From: Flectonema sp. DT1601
Taxonomy: Eukaryota
Assembly: GCA_964019425.1 (NCBI GenBank)
Contig: OZ025785.1
Span: forward strand, 434,001 to 498,000
Reading direction: 5' to 3'
DNA: 64,000 nt
Within the stretch, counting starts at the first letter, position 1, and each line of letters starts with the position of its first letter. This document shows, piece by piece, positions 44,420-56,700 of this stretch. The notes below the pieces were generated by a model that ran no database searches, was not told where the DNA came from, and saw only the letters and a list, made by a program, of their open reading frames with translations. Position numbers and translations under genes: made by a program.

Positions 44420-45405
44420 GGGGGGGGGGGGGGGGTGCTTTTTGAGTTCCAAAGAAAGTCTCACCAGCATTGTTGACTCCCCTTTTGATATTCAAGTTTA
44501 GTACAACTCATCTTTGGTGGTGGACCCAAATAGATGTTTTAATTCGATTTCTACGAGAATAGACTCTGACAGTATCTCTCTGATAACGTGGAGTAGAATG
44601 GATCAGAACTTTAAATACTTCGAAGGGTTGGATTAGAATCAAACACTAGACGGTGTCCTTGACTGGAGTCAAGTTGTGTCACTATTTACAATTCCAAAGA
44701 AAGACTACTCAGAGTGGTAATGGAAGGAGTGTACACTTGCCTGTAGAACTTAAACCAGCTCAGATGTCGATAATTTAGAATCAGAGAGTCAAAAAAAGAG
44801 AAAAGAAAAAAAGAGAATTTCTCCAGAATCCGAATTTTGTTGAATGTTTTCTATGAGTGTTTCTACTAAAAAAAGAACATGGTGTCACTTAATTAGGGTG
44901 GATTTAGTCATTTTTTTTTGGAGATTTGGAGACTTTTTATATATCATGATATTTATAATTACAGTATTTTAATATATGAGATCGCCACCATGATTGTTTA
45001 TTGTCGAGAGTGGGATCATTTTCTCACTCAATAAAGTAATCATCCTCAGAGGGTACCATCATGGATGGAATGTAAAATTACCATCTTTGATTGATATTTT
45101 TAGAGTTCGTTAATTGACTGTAAAATCGTATCGGAATAGGAGGAGGTAGTGAACTCATTCTTCTGCACAAAACTATTCGATAAGGCCAATTAATATTTGT
45201 TATGGTTACCCCATTTCAACAGTGAACACTCTTACGTAAATTATATTGACTTAGAGATAAAAGAAAATATTTTTATTTTTTCAATCAGTTTTATAAAACA
45301 TAAATATATAACTTTTTTATTTGAAAAGATGAGAGTTATAAAAAGGACACATATTAATAACAATATTATTATTATTATTTTCTTCTTAAAAAGCAACATC
45401 CAAGA

Positions 45406-47055
45406 ATGTTGTCATTGGGAGACGGAGAGACATCAGAAAGGATATGCATACGAGCTACTTCTCTTAACGGGGGAGCTGACTTTCGATTCATAGCATCACC
45501 CATATCACAGTGGAGTGCTTTCCAATCAGCCATTGGAAACATGATGGGAGGAGGAGTCCCTCGGATAAAGTGGGTCCGAGATGCAGTCGAAGCCCCACTA
45601 ATTTCTTCACAAGAATCTTTAAATGATTTTTTAAAAAGTTGTAAAGATAACAGAGTAGATAAATCTAGATTTCCTTACATGACTTGGACTCCTGAGGGAA
45701 CCGAACCTGCGATATTTGATGTCACGCCTGAGGCATGCAACCCATTTGGATTTTCTCACGGTGATGTAGTTGAGCATACAGCTGGAGCATACCAAGGAGA
45801 GGAATCGATAATAATTGGTGTTAGAGAAGATGAACTTTGGTACGACACGGGAGCCATCCAGGGTGCCTTGTACAGCTGCGGGTTAAAGTCAAAAAGCGAC
45901 TTCATAAAAACTTTAGGTTGGAAATTATTAAAAAAAAAATCAATAATAAATCCCTTATGGGAATACTCTGGTTCTGTCATCGTTTCTGTACCGAAACAGA
46001 TGGCTGATGAACAGTCAAGCAGTGTAATTTCAAATGTAAAAAATAATAATTTTGTTGAAATTGGATTTGGGGATCAACTCAACTTAGATGAAGTAGTTAA
46101 TAAAAATAACATCTCAGAAACTAACTCACCAACCAGATCAGATAATTCTTCCGGAAGCAATTCAAATTTTCATTGGAGACGGGGAAAGCTTCTCGGATCT
46201 GGAGCTCATGGTTCTGTTTACACTGCGATAGATAGCGTGACGGGAAGACAAATGGCTGTTAAAGTAATACCTTACAAGGAAAGGGATAAGAATATTTCTG
46301 ATTTCGAAAGGGAAATCACAGCTCTCTCAATACTATCTCACAAACACATAGTGAAGTACATACGAACTGACATCTCTTCTCGTCATATTAACATCCTAAT
46401 GGAATACATTCCTGGTGGATCCCTTTGTGAACTCTGCCACCAATGTGGAGGTAGAGGATTAGGTGTCAACATAACCCAACGATTTATGAAACAAATCGCA
46501 CTCGCAGTTGAATATCTCCACGCGAACAACATCGTTCACAGGGATATCAAGCCTGCTAACATCTTAACTGACGCTGATGGGATGGTCAAGTTAGCTGATT
46601 TTGGTGCATCAAAACAACTCCGTAGCGACATTCAAAGTCAGCAAAAAAGTGGACTCAGAGGGACTGTGTTATACTTGTCACCAGAGGCAATTAGAGATCA
46701 TAAGTATTCTACGAAGAGTGATGTTTGGGCGATTGGTTGTACGATGATAGAATGTTTAACGGGAAGTCCTCCTTGGAAAGAAGCAAAGTTTCAACTAGAG
46801 ACTGTGTACCAAGCCCTTATTACTATTGCATATACTCAAAAAGGTCCCGACATACCGAAATCAGTTCCAGAATCGGCAAGGCAATATCTCAAATCGTGTC
46901 TTTCAATACAACCAGACGACAGACCTTCAGCAACAGGGTTGTTGACGTTTAAATTTCTCGAAGAGAATTTTGCGTGTGAGCGCATAGATGACTCTTCTGA
47001 TGAAGATGCAATGCGAGAATTTGACTGGGGCAGCACTCTGAGTACTGTGAAATAG
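45406..47055 (+). CDS. STE11/MAP3K-like Ser/Thr protein kinase with N-terminal extension
   Basis: WRRGKLLGSGAHGSVY, MAVK, MEYIPGGSL, HRDIKPAN, DFG, SPE, SDVWAIGC. Confidence 0.92.
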   Translation: MLSLGDGETSERICIRATSLNGGADFRFIASPISQWSAFQSAIGNMMGGGVPRIKWVRDAVEAPLISSQESLNDFLKSCKDNRVDKSRFPYMTWTPEGTEPAIFDVTPEACNPFGFSHGDVVEHTAGAYQGEESIIIGVREDELWYDTGAIQGALYSCGLKSKSDFIKTLGWKLLKKKSIINPLWEYSGSVIVSVPKQMADEQSSSVISNVKNNNFVEIGFGDQLNLDEVVNKNNISETNSPTRSDNSSGSNSNFHWRRGKLLGSGAHGSVYTAIDSVTGRQMAVKVIPYKERDKNISDFEREITALSILSHKHIVKYIRTDISSRHINILMEYIPGGSLCELCHQCGGRGLGVNITQRFMKQIALAVEYLHANNIVHRDIKPANILTDADGMVKLADFGASKQLRSDIQSQQKSGLRGTVLYLSPEAIRDHKYSTKSDVWAIGCTMIECLTGSPPWKEAKFQLETVYQALITIAYTQKGPDIPKSVPESARQYLKSCLSIQPDDRPSATGLLTFKFLEENFACERIDDSSDEDAMREFDWGSTLSTVK

Positions 47056-47106
47056 CAACCTCACATCACATATTACTGCAGCTTGTTGAGAACACCCTTA
47101 GTGGGG

Positions 47107-47137
<31 letters not shown>

Positions 47138-47213
47138 GGTTTCGAAGATTGCCTTCATCCCGCATATTGTAGTTACGATTATTTTCTGTTTTCATCCGTA
47201 GTACGTTTTCGTT

Positions 47214-47252
<39 letters not shown>

Positions 47253-47884
47253 AGTTTTCTACCTCACCAGCACGTTGTTTTATCCTGTTATTAAGCTTCT
47301 TTGGTTTTTTATTTATTTTTCATTCTTTTTCATTTTTATTTTTTATATTATGTTGTTGTGTTTGACCTACTCGGGTATTGTTATATATGTTGTTGTTTTT
47401 ATTTCCTTCTGAGTGAGTAGGGGGAGGGGGAGGGAAATTTTCGGGTCAGGGGGAAAAAGAAAAAAAAAATATAAAACAAAATAAAAGAAATAGCTAGAAT
47501 AACTCACTATCACAGATGAAACCATTCTTTAGGATGCGTGTGTAGATTTTCTTCCATTGTGATTACAATGCAATAAGTGATGTGTAAGTAATTAGCACCA
47601 ATGAGCGGTTGGTTACGAATTGTAATTTACGTTCTGTGATATTCGTAACAGCGGATGTCTCTCTTGGCATTCTAAATCTATTTATTTGGTTTTTATTTTA
47701 TTATTTTATCCCTCAACAACCCTTCTCATAACAACATCCGAGATGGTTTTCTTTTGTTGACATAAGTCGGGACTCCACTTTCTTGTGATTGTTTTCCTTC
47801 TTCAGGTAATTTAACTTCTAAATGATGGTGAGCATTGACTTATTTATATAATCGTTACCTCCCAACAGTTTTATTCAAAAATAA

Positions 47885-50800
47885 ATGTTGCGAATTGCTG
47901 TCGCTTCATCAGCAGTAGCTGTCGCTTTGGGATGCTTCCCAACTTGCGATGATGACTGCAACAGATTATCACCTCCACAACTTGGTGAGGTGACTAGACT
48001 GAGGAAACTTAAGGAGAAGTGTACTTCTGGAGAGGAAGTTGTGTTCAACGTTGACTACAATCCTTGTACTCATAATTTAGATTATAAAGTACGAACACCA
48101 GACAATTGTGAACAGAGACAGGGAAATGTGTTTACATGCAAGAACAATAAGAGGTGTAAAGTTATCCCATTCCTTACTGAATTAAAGTTCTGTGACTGCT
48201 CTTCAAGCCCAGGACCTTCACCTCCAACTACTCCAACCAACCCATGCGGTAGTAAATGTGGAGCTGAAGAGATATGTTACATGAGGGATACTATCTGTAA
48301 TACTTTTAGTTGTCATCCAGTCCCAACATGTATTACTAACCACTGTATGTTTAGCAAGTGTGAATATGGTAACGATTGCGTCATCACAGACCACGGAGAT
48401 TCATCGACCTGCAAGCCTTGGTCTGAGATTGGATGTTTTGACAAGCCGTGCAAGGCAGGATACACTTGTGTTGATGTTAAGAGAGTCTGCAAGACTGCCC
48501 CATGTTATCAATATGAGTGTAGTTGGGAAGCACCAGCTCCAGTTCACTGTACGGCCGATGCCAAGAAGTGTCCTGACGGCTCCTCCGTTGGAAGAGATTC
48601 CAACAACAACTGTGAGTTCCACCCTTGCCCTGATCCATGTGGAGGAAGTTGTTTGTTTAACCAAGATTGCTTAATTCAGAAGATTAAGTGTCCTGAGGGA
48701 ATGGTTTGTACACCACGCGCTGTTTGCTTTGACAAGCCTTGCAACAAGAAGTGTCCAAAGGGTGACGTTTGTGAACACATGGTTGCTCCGTGTCTGATTC
48801 CACCATGCCCAGTAGTTGAGACGTGTAAAACTGTTGTTCAGCCAAAGTGTGACAAGAAGTGCCCAAAGGGTGAGGTTTGTGAGATCGTTGTTGCTCCATG
48901 TCTGATTCCTCCGTGCCCGGAGTTCCCAACATGCAAACCTGTCGTTCAAGTGTGTACGGATGATGCGAAGCAATGTCAAGATGGCTCCTTCGTTGGGAGA
49001 GATTCCAACAACAACTGTGAGTTCCACCCATGCCCTGATCCATGTGATGGAGCTTGTAAGTTCAATCAGGACTGCTTGTTGAAGAATGTAATTACGTGTC
49101 CTGAGGGAATGGTGTGCCCTCCGACTGTTGTTTGCGTTGACAAGCCTTGCAACAAGAAGTGTCCAAAGGGTGACGTTTGCGAGCTCATGGTTGCTCCGTG
49201 TCTGATTCCACCATGTCCAGTAGTTGAGACGTGTAAACCACTTTCACCACCAACTACTCCAACCAACCCATGCGGTAGTAAATGTAGAGCTGAAGAGATA
49301 TGTTACATGAGGGATATTATCTGTAATACTTTTAGTTGTCATCCAGTCCCAACATGTATTACTAACCACTGTATGTTTAGCAAGTGTGGATATGGTAACG
49401 ATTGCGTCATCACAGACCACGGAGATTCATCGACCTGCAAGCCTTGGTCTGAGATTGGATGTTTTGACAAGCCGTGCAAGGCAGGATACACTTGTGTTGA
49501 TGTAAAGAGAGTCTGCAAGACTGCCCCATGTTATCAATATGAGTGTAGTTGGGAAGCACCAGCTCCAGTTCACTGTACGGCCGATGCCAAGAAGTGTCCT
49601 GACGGCTCCTCCGTTGGAAGAGATTCCAACAACAACTGTGAGTTCCACCCTTGCCCTGATCCATGTGGAGGAAGTTGTTTGTTTAACCAAGATTGCTTAA
49701 TTCAGAAGATTAAGTGTCCTGAGGGAATGGTTTGTACACCACGCGCTGTTTGCTTTGACAAGCCTTGCAACAAGAAGTGTCCAAAGGGTGACGTTTGTGA
49801 ACACATGGTTGCTCCGTGTCTGATTCCACCATGCCCAGTAGTTGAGACGTGTAAAACTGTTGTTCAGCCAAAGTGTGACAAGAAGTGCCCAAAGGGTGAG
49901 GTTTGTGAGATCGTTGTTGCTCCATGTCTGATTCCTCCGTGCCCGGAGTTCCCAACATGCAAACCTGTCGTTCAAGTGTGTACGGATGATGCGAAGCAAT
50001 GTCAAGATGGCTCCTTCGTTGGAAGAGATTCCAACAACAACTGTGAGTTCCACCCTTGCCCTGATCCATGTGATGGAGCTTGTAAGTTCAATCAGGACTG
50101 CTTGTTGAAGAATGTAATTACGTGTCCTGAGGGAATGGTGTGCCCTCCGACTGTTGTTTGCGTTGACAAGCCTTGCAACAAGAAGTGTCCAAAGGGTGAC
50201 GTTTGCGAGCTCATGGTTGCTCCGTGTCTGATTCCACCATGTCCAGTAGTTGAGACGTGTAAAACTGTTGTTCAGCCAAAGTGTGACAAGAAGTGCCCAA
50301 AGGGTGAAGAATGTGAATTAATTGACACCCCTTGTCCATTCCCTCCATGCTCAAAGGCTGAGATCTGTTCACCAATTGGATGTGGTGATGATCTAAAAGA
50401 CTGTTCAGATGGAAGTAGTGTTGAGAGAGATCCAAAGAACGGTTGTCAGTTCTTCCCGTGTCCTGTTGATGGTGAATGTGAAGATGAAGATGATTGTGAA
50501 GGCTGGAATTTCTGTATTGAGGGTAAGTGTGTTGATGCATTTGAGGGAACTTGTAATTCCGTTAAAGACTGTAACGGTTACGGATGCTACTACAACGACA
50601 ACAAGGAACCAACTTGTCGTACCACCTGCATGGGAGAACCAACCTGGTTGTGTGACAAGAACCACCTCTGTTTGGGAGATGAGTGTGTTGATATGAAGCA
50701 GTGTAAGACTAACTGTGGAAACCTTGTTCCTCATTTATTTAAAGGAAATGACGACGGAGACAACAGTTGTAATGAATGCACCTGCTTCAATGGTGACTAC

Positions 50801-52603
50801 AGCTGTACTGAGAGAGGTTGCACCGGTGATGAGACTTGTGGGGGACCTTCACCACCAACTACTCCAACCAACCCATGCGGTAGTAAATGTGGAGCTGAAG
50901 AGATATGTTACATGAGGGATACTATCTGTAATACTTTTAGTTGTCATCCAGTCCCAACATGTATTACTAACCACTGTATGTTTAGCAAGTGTGGATATGG
51001 TAACGATTGCGTCATCACAGACCACGGAGATTCATCGACCTGCAAGCCTTGGTCTGAGATTGGATGTTTTGACAAGCCGTGCAAGGCAGGATACACTTGT
51101 GTTGATGTTAAGAGAGTCTGCAAGACTGCCCCATGTTATCAATATGAGTGTAGTTGGGAAGCACCAGCTCCAGTTCACTGTACGGCCGATGCCAAGAAGT
51201 GTCCTGACGGCTCCTCCGTTGGAAGAGATTCCAACAACAACTGTGAGTTCCACCCTTGCCCTGATCCATGTGGAGGAAGTTGTTTGTTTAACCAAGATTG
51301 CTTAATTCAGAAGATTAAGTGTCCTGAGGGAATGGTTTGTACACCACGCGCTGTTTGCTTTGACAAGCCTTGCAACAAGAAGTGTCCAAAGGGTGACGTT
51401 TGTGAACACATGGTTGCTCCGTGTCTGATTCCACCATGCCCAGTAGTTGAGACGTGTAAAACTGTTGTTCAGCCAAAGTGTGACAAGAAGTGCCCAAAGG
51501 GTGAGGTTTGTGAGATCGTTGTTGCTCCATGTCTGACTCCTCCGTGCCCAGAGTTCCCAACATGCAAACCTGTCGTTCAAGTGTGTACGGATGATGCGAA
51601 GCAATGTCAAGATGGCTCCTTCGTTGGGAGAGATGCCGACAACAACTGTGAGTTCCACCCTTGCCCTGATCCATGTGATGGAGCTTGTAAGTTCAATCAG
51701 GACTGCTTGTTGAAGAACGTAATTACGTGTCCTGAGGGAATGGTGTGCCCTCCGACTGTTGTTTGCGTTGACAAGCCTTGCAACAGGAGGTGTCCAAAGG
51801 GTGACGTTTGCGAGCTCATGGTTGCTCCGTGTCTGATTCCACCATGTCCAGTAGTTGAGACGTGTAAACCACTTTCACCACCAACTACTCCAACCAACCC
51901 ATGCGGTAGTAAATGTGGAGCTGAAGAGATATGTTACATGAGGGATGTTATCTGTAATACTTTTAGTTGTCATCCAGTCCCAACATGTATTACTAACCAC
52001 TGTATGTTTAGCAAGTGTGACTATGGTAACGATTGCGTCATCACAAACCACGGAGATTCATCGACCTGCAAGCCTTGGTCTGAGATTGGATGTTCTGACA
52101 AGCCGTGCAAGGCAGGATACACTTGTGTTGATGTAAAGAGAGTCTGCAAGACTGCCCCATGTTATCAATATGAGTGTAGTTGGGAAGCACCAGCTCCAGT
52201 TCGCTGTACGGCCGATGCCAAGAAGTGTCCTGACGGCTCCTCCGTTGGAAGAGATTCCAACAACAACTGTGAGTTCCACCCTTGCCCTGATCCATGTGGA
52301 GGAAGTTGTTTGTTTAACCAAGATTGCTTAATTCAGAAGATTAAGTGTCCTGAGGGAATGGTTTGTACACCACGCGCTGTTTGCTTTGACAAGCCTTGCA
52401 ACAGGAGGTGTCCAAAGGGTGACGTTTGTGAACACATGGTTGCTCCGTGTCTGATTCCACCATGCCCAGTAGTTGAGACGTGCAAAACTGTTGTTCAGCC
52501 AAAGTGTGACAAGAAGTGCCCAAAGGGTGAGGTTTGTGAGATCGTTGTTGCTCCATGTCTGATTCCACCATGTCCGGAGTTCCCAACATGCAAGCCTAAA
52601 TAA
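47885..52603 (+). CDS. Large secreted Cys-rich repeat protein, copy A (1572 aa)
   Basis: Signal peptide, 342-aa (1026-bp) internal repeats, CTxDAKxCPDGSxVGRD modules, one pacifastin-like CNECTC..G...CTERGC. Confidence 0.9.
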   Translation: MLRIAVASSAVAVALGCFPTCDDDCNRLSPPQLGEVTRLRKLKEKCTSGEEVVFNVDYNPCTHNLDYKVRTPDNCEQRQGNVFTCKNNKRCKVIPFLTELKFCDCSSSPGPSPPTTPTNPCGSKCGAEEICYMRDTICNTFSCHPVPTCITNHCMFSKCEYGNDCVITDHGDSSTCKPWSEIGCFDKPCKAGYTCVDVKRVCKTAPCYQYECSWEAPAPVHCTADAKKCPDGSSVGRDSNNNCEFHPCPDPCGGSCLFNQDCLIQKIKCPEGMVCTPRAVCFDKPCNKKCPKGDVCEHMVAPCLIPPCPVVETCKTVVQPKCDKKCPKGEVCEIVVAPCLIPPCPEFPTCKPVVQVCTDDAKQCQDGSFVGRDSNNNCEFHPCPDPCDGACKFNQDCLLKNVITCPEGMVCPPTVVCVDKPCNKKCPKGDVCELMVAPCLIPPCPVVETCKPLSPPTTPTNPCGSKCRAEEICYMRDIICNTFSCHPVPTCITNHCMFSKCGYGNDCVITDHGDSSTCKPWSEIGCFDKPCKAGYTCVDVKRVCKTAPCYQYECSWEAPAPVHCTADAKKCPDGSSVGRDSNNNCEFHPCPDPCGGSCLFNQDCLIQKIKCPEGMVCTPRAVCFDKPCNKKCPKGDVCEHMVAPCLIPPCPVVETCKTVVQPKCDKKCPKGEVCEIVVAPCLIPPCPEFPTCKPVVQVCTDDAKQCQDGSFVGRDSNNNCEFHPCPDPCDGACKFNQDCLLKNVITCPEGMVCPPTVVCVDKPCNKKCPKGDVCELMVAPCLIPPCPVVETCKTVVQPKCDKKCPKGEECELIDTPCPFPPCSKAEICSPIGCGDDLKDCSDGSSVERDPKNGCQFFPCPVDGECEDEDDCEGWNFCIEGKCVDAFEGTCNSVKDCNGYGCYYNDNKEPTCRTTCMGEPTWLCDKNHLCLGDECVDMKQCKTNCGNLVPHLFKGNDDGDNSCNECTCFNGDYSCTERGCTGDETCGGPSPPTTPTNPCGSKCGAEEICYMRDTICNTFSCHPVPTCITNHCMFSKCGYGNDCVITDHGDSSTCKPWSEIGCFDKPCKAGYTCVDVKRVCKTAPCYQYECSWEAPAPVHCTADAKKCPDGSSVGRDSNNNCEFHPCPDPCGGSCLFNQDCLIQKIKCPEGMVCTPRAVCFDKPCNKKCPKGDVCEHMVAPCLIPPCPVVETCKTVVQPKCDKKCPKGEVCEIVVAPCLTPPCPEFPTCKPVVQVCTDDAKQCQDGSFVGRDADNNCEFHPCPDPCDGACKFNQDCLLKNVITCPEGMVCPPTVVCVDKPCNRRCPKGDVCELMVAPCLIPPCPVVETCKPLSPPTTPTNPCGSKCGAEEICYMRDVICNTFSCHPVPTCITNHCMFSKCDYGNDCVITNHGDSSTCKPWSEIGCSDKPCKAGYTCVDVKRVCKTAPCYQYECSWEAPAPVRCTADAKKCPDGSSVGRDSNNNCEFHPCPDPCGGSCLFNQDCLIQKIKCPEGMVCTPRAVCFDKPCNRRCPKGDVCEHMVAPCLIPPCPVVETCKTVVQPKCDKKCPKGEVCEIVVAPCLIPPCPEFPTCKPK

Positions 52604-53777
52604 ATTGTATCAACCAATATTTTTACTTTTTTCCATTTATAATTTCATTTGAATAACAGTTTGTAACTGATATTAACTACACCTTTCTGTTGTAAAGGTT
52701 TGGTGACTTGAAGTTTTATAAAACTGATTCCCAATTCACAAGTCAGTGTCTCCATGGAGAAACGCGGCATCGATCCGTGCTGATATTCTTCTTTGAATAC
52801 ACAATAGACTCTCACTGTTTCATTAGTGATAAATTAACTAAACTGAATGAATACAATCAGTATCTCTTAATGAGAAAGGCGGCTTTATTGTCGTGCTGAT
52901 CAAGTTCTTTAAACGAAACAGTTTTTAATCCTTTCTCTCCAGAACCACGTTAGCATCTCGCTTGAGAAATGCGGCTTAAATGCCGAGCTAATGGTTTCAT
53001 CCGATTATTTGATAATTTCTTTAGTTGTGTACTTCTGGAGGGGAAGTATCTTGTTCTTGTTTTCTTTTATTCAAAATTATTCTTTCGGATCAAACAAAAC
53101 TTTAATGTTTGTTTTGTCTTGGATTCCTTTCCTCTCTTGTTGATGGTAACTGTGAGTGTTGTCTAACTTTTAATTTATTATTATTTTTCTACAGGAAGAG
53201 GAAATGAATTACGTTGATGTTGTCCTCGTAGCTCTGGAGAGTTAACCCGATGCTCTTTAGTTTGCTGTCTATCAGAGATGCACAGTACGCAATGTATTGG
53301 ACTTCCTTATCTATCTAGTCACATTATCATTGTGTGGTTTTAATTACAATTCCGTAATATTATTATAACTGAACCCTCCTCTCAGTACAGTCTGCAAGGA
53401 ATACTTAAAAAGGCTACAGTTCACTGTGTCCTCATATTGTCGTTGCTTTAATTATTCCTAAGTATTCTTATTTAGTATCTCGTATCAATTATTGTAAGAC
53501 GAAGTATGTATGTAAACTAGACTACTCAGCTGATAGTGTGCTGTGAGTTAGTAATTATTTCAATTCAACAGTTTCACAGATATGAATATGTAGATTACAC
53601 CACAACTGATGTCTGAGAGAATAGAGATACAGAGTTTATCGTATTAACTCTGTTGATATCTTAGATGGCTATTTCTTGTGATTGTTTTCCTTCTTCAGGT
53701 AATTTAACTTTTAAATGATGGTGAGCTTTGACTTATTTATATAATCGTTACCTCCCAACAGTTTTATTCAAAAATAA

Positions 53778-56700
53778 ATGTTGCGGATTGCTGTCGCTTC
53801 ATCAGCAGTAGCTGTCGCTTTGGGATGCTTCCCAACTTGCGATGATGACTGCAACAGATTATCACCTCCACAACTTGGTGAGGTGACTAGACTGAGGAAA
53901 CTTAAGGAGAAGTGTACTTCTGGAGAGGAAGTTGTGTTCAACGTTGACTACAATCCTTGTACTCATAATTTAGATTATAAAGTACGAACACCAGACAATT
54001 GTGAACAGAGACAGGGAAATGTGTTTACATGCAAGAACAATAAGAGGTGTAAAGTTATCCCATTCCTTACTGAATTAAAGTTCTGTGACTGCTCTTCAAG
54101 CCCAGGACCTTCACCTCCAACTACTCCAACCAACCCATGCGGTAGTAAATGTGGAGCTGAAGAGATATGTTACATGAGGGATGTTATCTGTAATACTTTT
54201 AGTTGTCATCCAGTCCCAACATGTATTACTAACCACTGTATGTTTAGCAAGTGTGGATATGGTAACGATTGCGTCATCACAGACCACGGAGATTCATCGA
54301 CCTGCAAGCCTTGGTCTGAGATTGGATGTTTTGACAAGCCGTGCAAGGCAGGATACACTTGTGTTGATGTTAAGAGAGTCTGCAAGACTGCCCCATGTTA
54401 TCAATATGAGTGTAGTTGGGAAGCACCAGCTCCAGTTCACTGTACGGCCGAAGCTAAGAAGTGTCCTGATGGCTCCTCCGTTGGAAGAGATTCCAACAAC
54501 AACTGTGAGTTCCACCCTTGCCCTGATCCATGTGGAGGAAGTTGTTTGTTTAACCAAGATTGCTTAATTCAGAAGATTAAGTGTCCTGAGGGAATGGTTT
54601 GTACACCACGCGCTGTTTGCTTTGACAAGCCTTGCAACAGGAGGTGTCCAAAGGGTGACGTTTGTGAACACATGGTTGCTCCGTGTCTGATTCCACCATG
54701 CCCAGTAGTTGAGACGTGTAAAACTGTTGTTCAGCCAAAGTGTGACAAGAAGTGCCCAAAGGGTGAGGTTTGTGAGATCGTTGTTGCTCCGTGTCTGACT
54801 CCTCCGTGCCCAGAGTTCCCAACATGCAAACCTGTCGTTCAAGTGTGTACGGATGATGCGAAGCAATGTCAAGATGGCTCCTTCGTTGGAAGAGATTCCA
54901 ACAACAACTGTGAGTTCCACCCTTGCCCTGATCCATGTGATGGAGCTTGTAAGTTCAATCAGGACTGCTTGTTGAAGAATGTAATTACGTGTCCTGAGGG
55001 AATGGTGTGCCCTCCGACTGTTGTTTGCGTTGATAAGCCTTGCAACAAGAAGTGTCCAAAGGGTGACGTTTGCGAGCTCATAGTTGCTCCGTGTCTGATT
55101 CCACCATGTCCAGTAGTTGAGACGTGTAAACCACTTTCACCTCCAACTACTCCAACCAACCCATGCGGTAGTAAATGTGGAGCTGAAGAGATATGTTACA
55201 TGAGGGATATTATCTGTAATACTTTTAGTTGTCATCCAGTCCCAACATGTATTACTAACCACTGTATGTTTAGCAAGTGTGGATATGGTAACGATTGCGT
55301 CATCACAGACCACGGAGATTCATCGACCTGCAAGCCTTGGTCTGAGATTGGATGTTCTGACAAGCCGTGCAAGGCAGGATACACTTGTGTTGATGTAAAG
55401 AGAGTCTGCAAGACTGCCCCATGTTATCAATATGAGTGTAGTTGGGAAGCACCAGCTCCAGTTCACTGTACGGCCGAAGCTAAGAAGTGTCCTGATGGCT
55501 CCTCCGTTGGAAGAGATTCCAACAACAACTGTGAGTTCCACCCTTGCCCTGATCCATGTGGAGGAAGTTGTTTGTTTAACCAAGATTGCTTAATTCAGAA
55601 GATTAAGTGTCCTGAGGGAATGGTTTGTACACCACGCGCTGTTTGCTTTGACAAGCCTTGCAACAAGAAGTGTCCAAAGGGTGACGTTTGTGAACACATG
55701 GTTGCTCCGTGTCTGATTCCACCATGCCCAGTAGTTGAGACGTGTAAAACTGTTGTTCAGCCAAAGTGTGACAAGAAGTGCCCAAAGGGTGAGGTTTGTG
55801 AGATCGTTGTTGCTCCATGTCTGATTCCTCCGTGCCCGGAGTTCCCAACATGCAAACCTGTCGTTCAAGTGTGTACGGATGATGCGAAGCAATGTCAAGA
55901 TGGCTCCTTCGTTGGGAGAGATTCCAACAACAACTGTGAGTTCCACCCATGCCCTGATCCATGTGATGGAGCTTGTAAGTTCAATCAGGACTGCTTGTTG
56001 AAGAACGTAATTACGTGTCCTGAGGGAATGGTGTGCCCTCCGATTGTTGTTTGCGTTGACAAGCCTTGCAACAGGAGGTGTCCAAAGGGTGACGTTTGCG
56101 AGCTCATGGTTGCTCCGTGTCTGATTCCACCATGTCCAGTAGTTGAGACGTGTAAAATTGTTGTTCAGCCAAAGTGTGACAAGGAGTGCCCAAAGGGTGA
56201 AGAATGTGAATTAATTGACACCCCTTGTCCATTCCCTCCATGCTCAAAGGCTGAGATCTGTTCACCAATTGGATGTGGTGATGATCTAAAAGACTGTTCA
56301 GATGGAAGTAGTGTTGAGAGAGATCCAAAGAACGGTTGTCAGTTCTTCCCGTGTCCTGTTGATGGTGAATGTGAAGATGAAGATGATTGTGAAGGCTGGA
56401 ATTTCTGTATTGAGGGTAAGTGTGTTGATGCATTTGAGGGAACTTGTAATTCCGTTAAAGACTGTAACGGTTACGGATGCTACTACAACGACAACAAGGA
56501 ACCAACTTGTCGTACCACCTGCATGGGAGAACCAACCTGGTTGTGTGACAAGAACCACCTCTGTTTGGGAGATGAGTGTGTTGATATGAAGCAGTGTAAG
56601 ACTAACTGTGGAAACCTTGTTCCTCATTTATTTAAAGGAAATGACGACGGAGACAACAGTTGTAATGAATGCACCTGCTTCAATGGTGACTACAGCTGTA

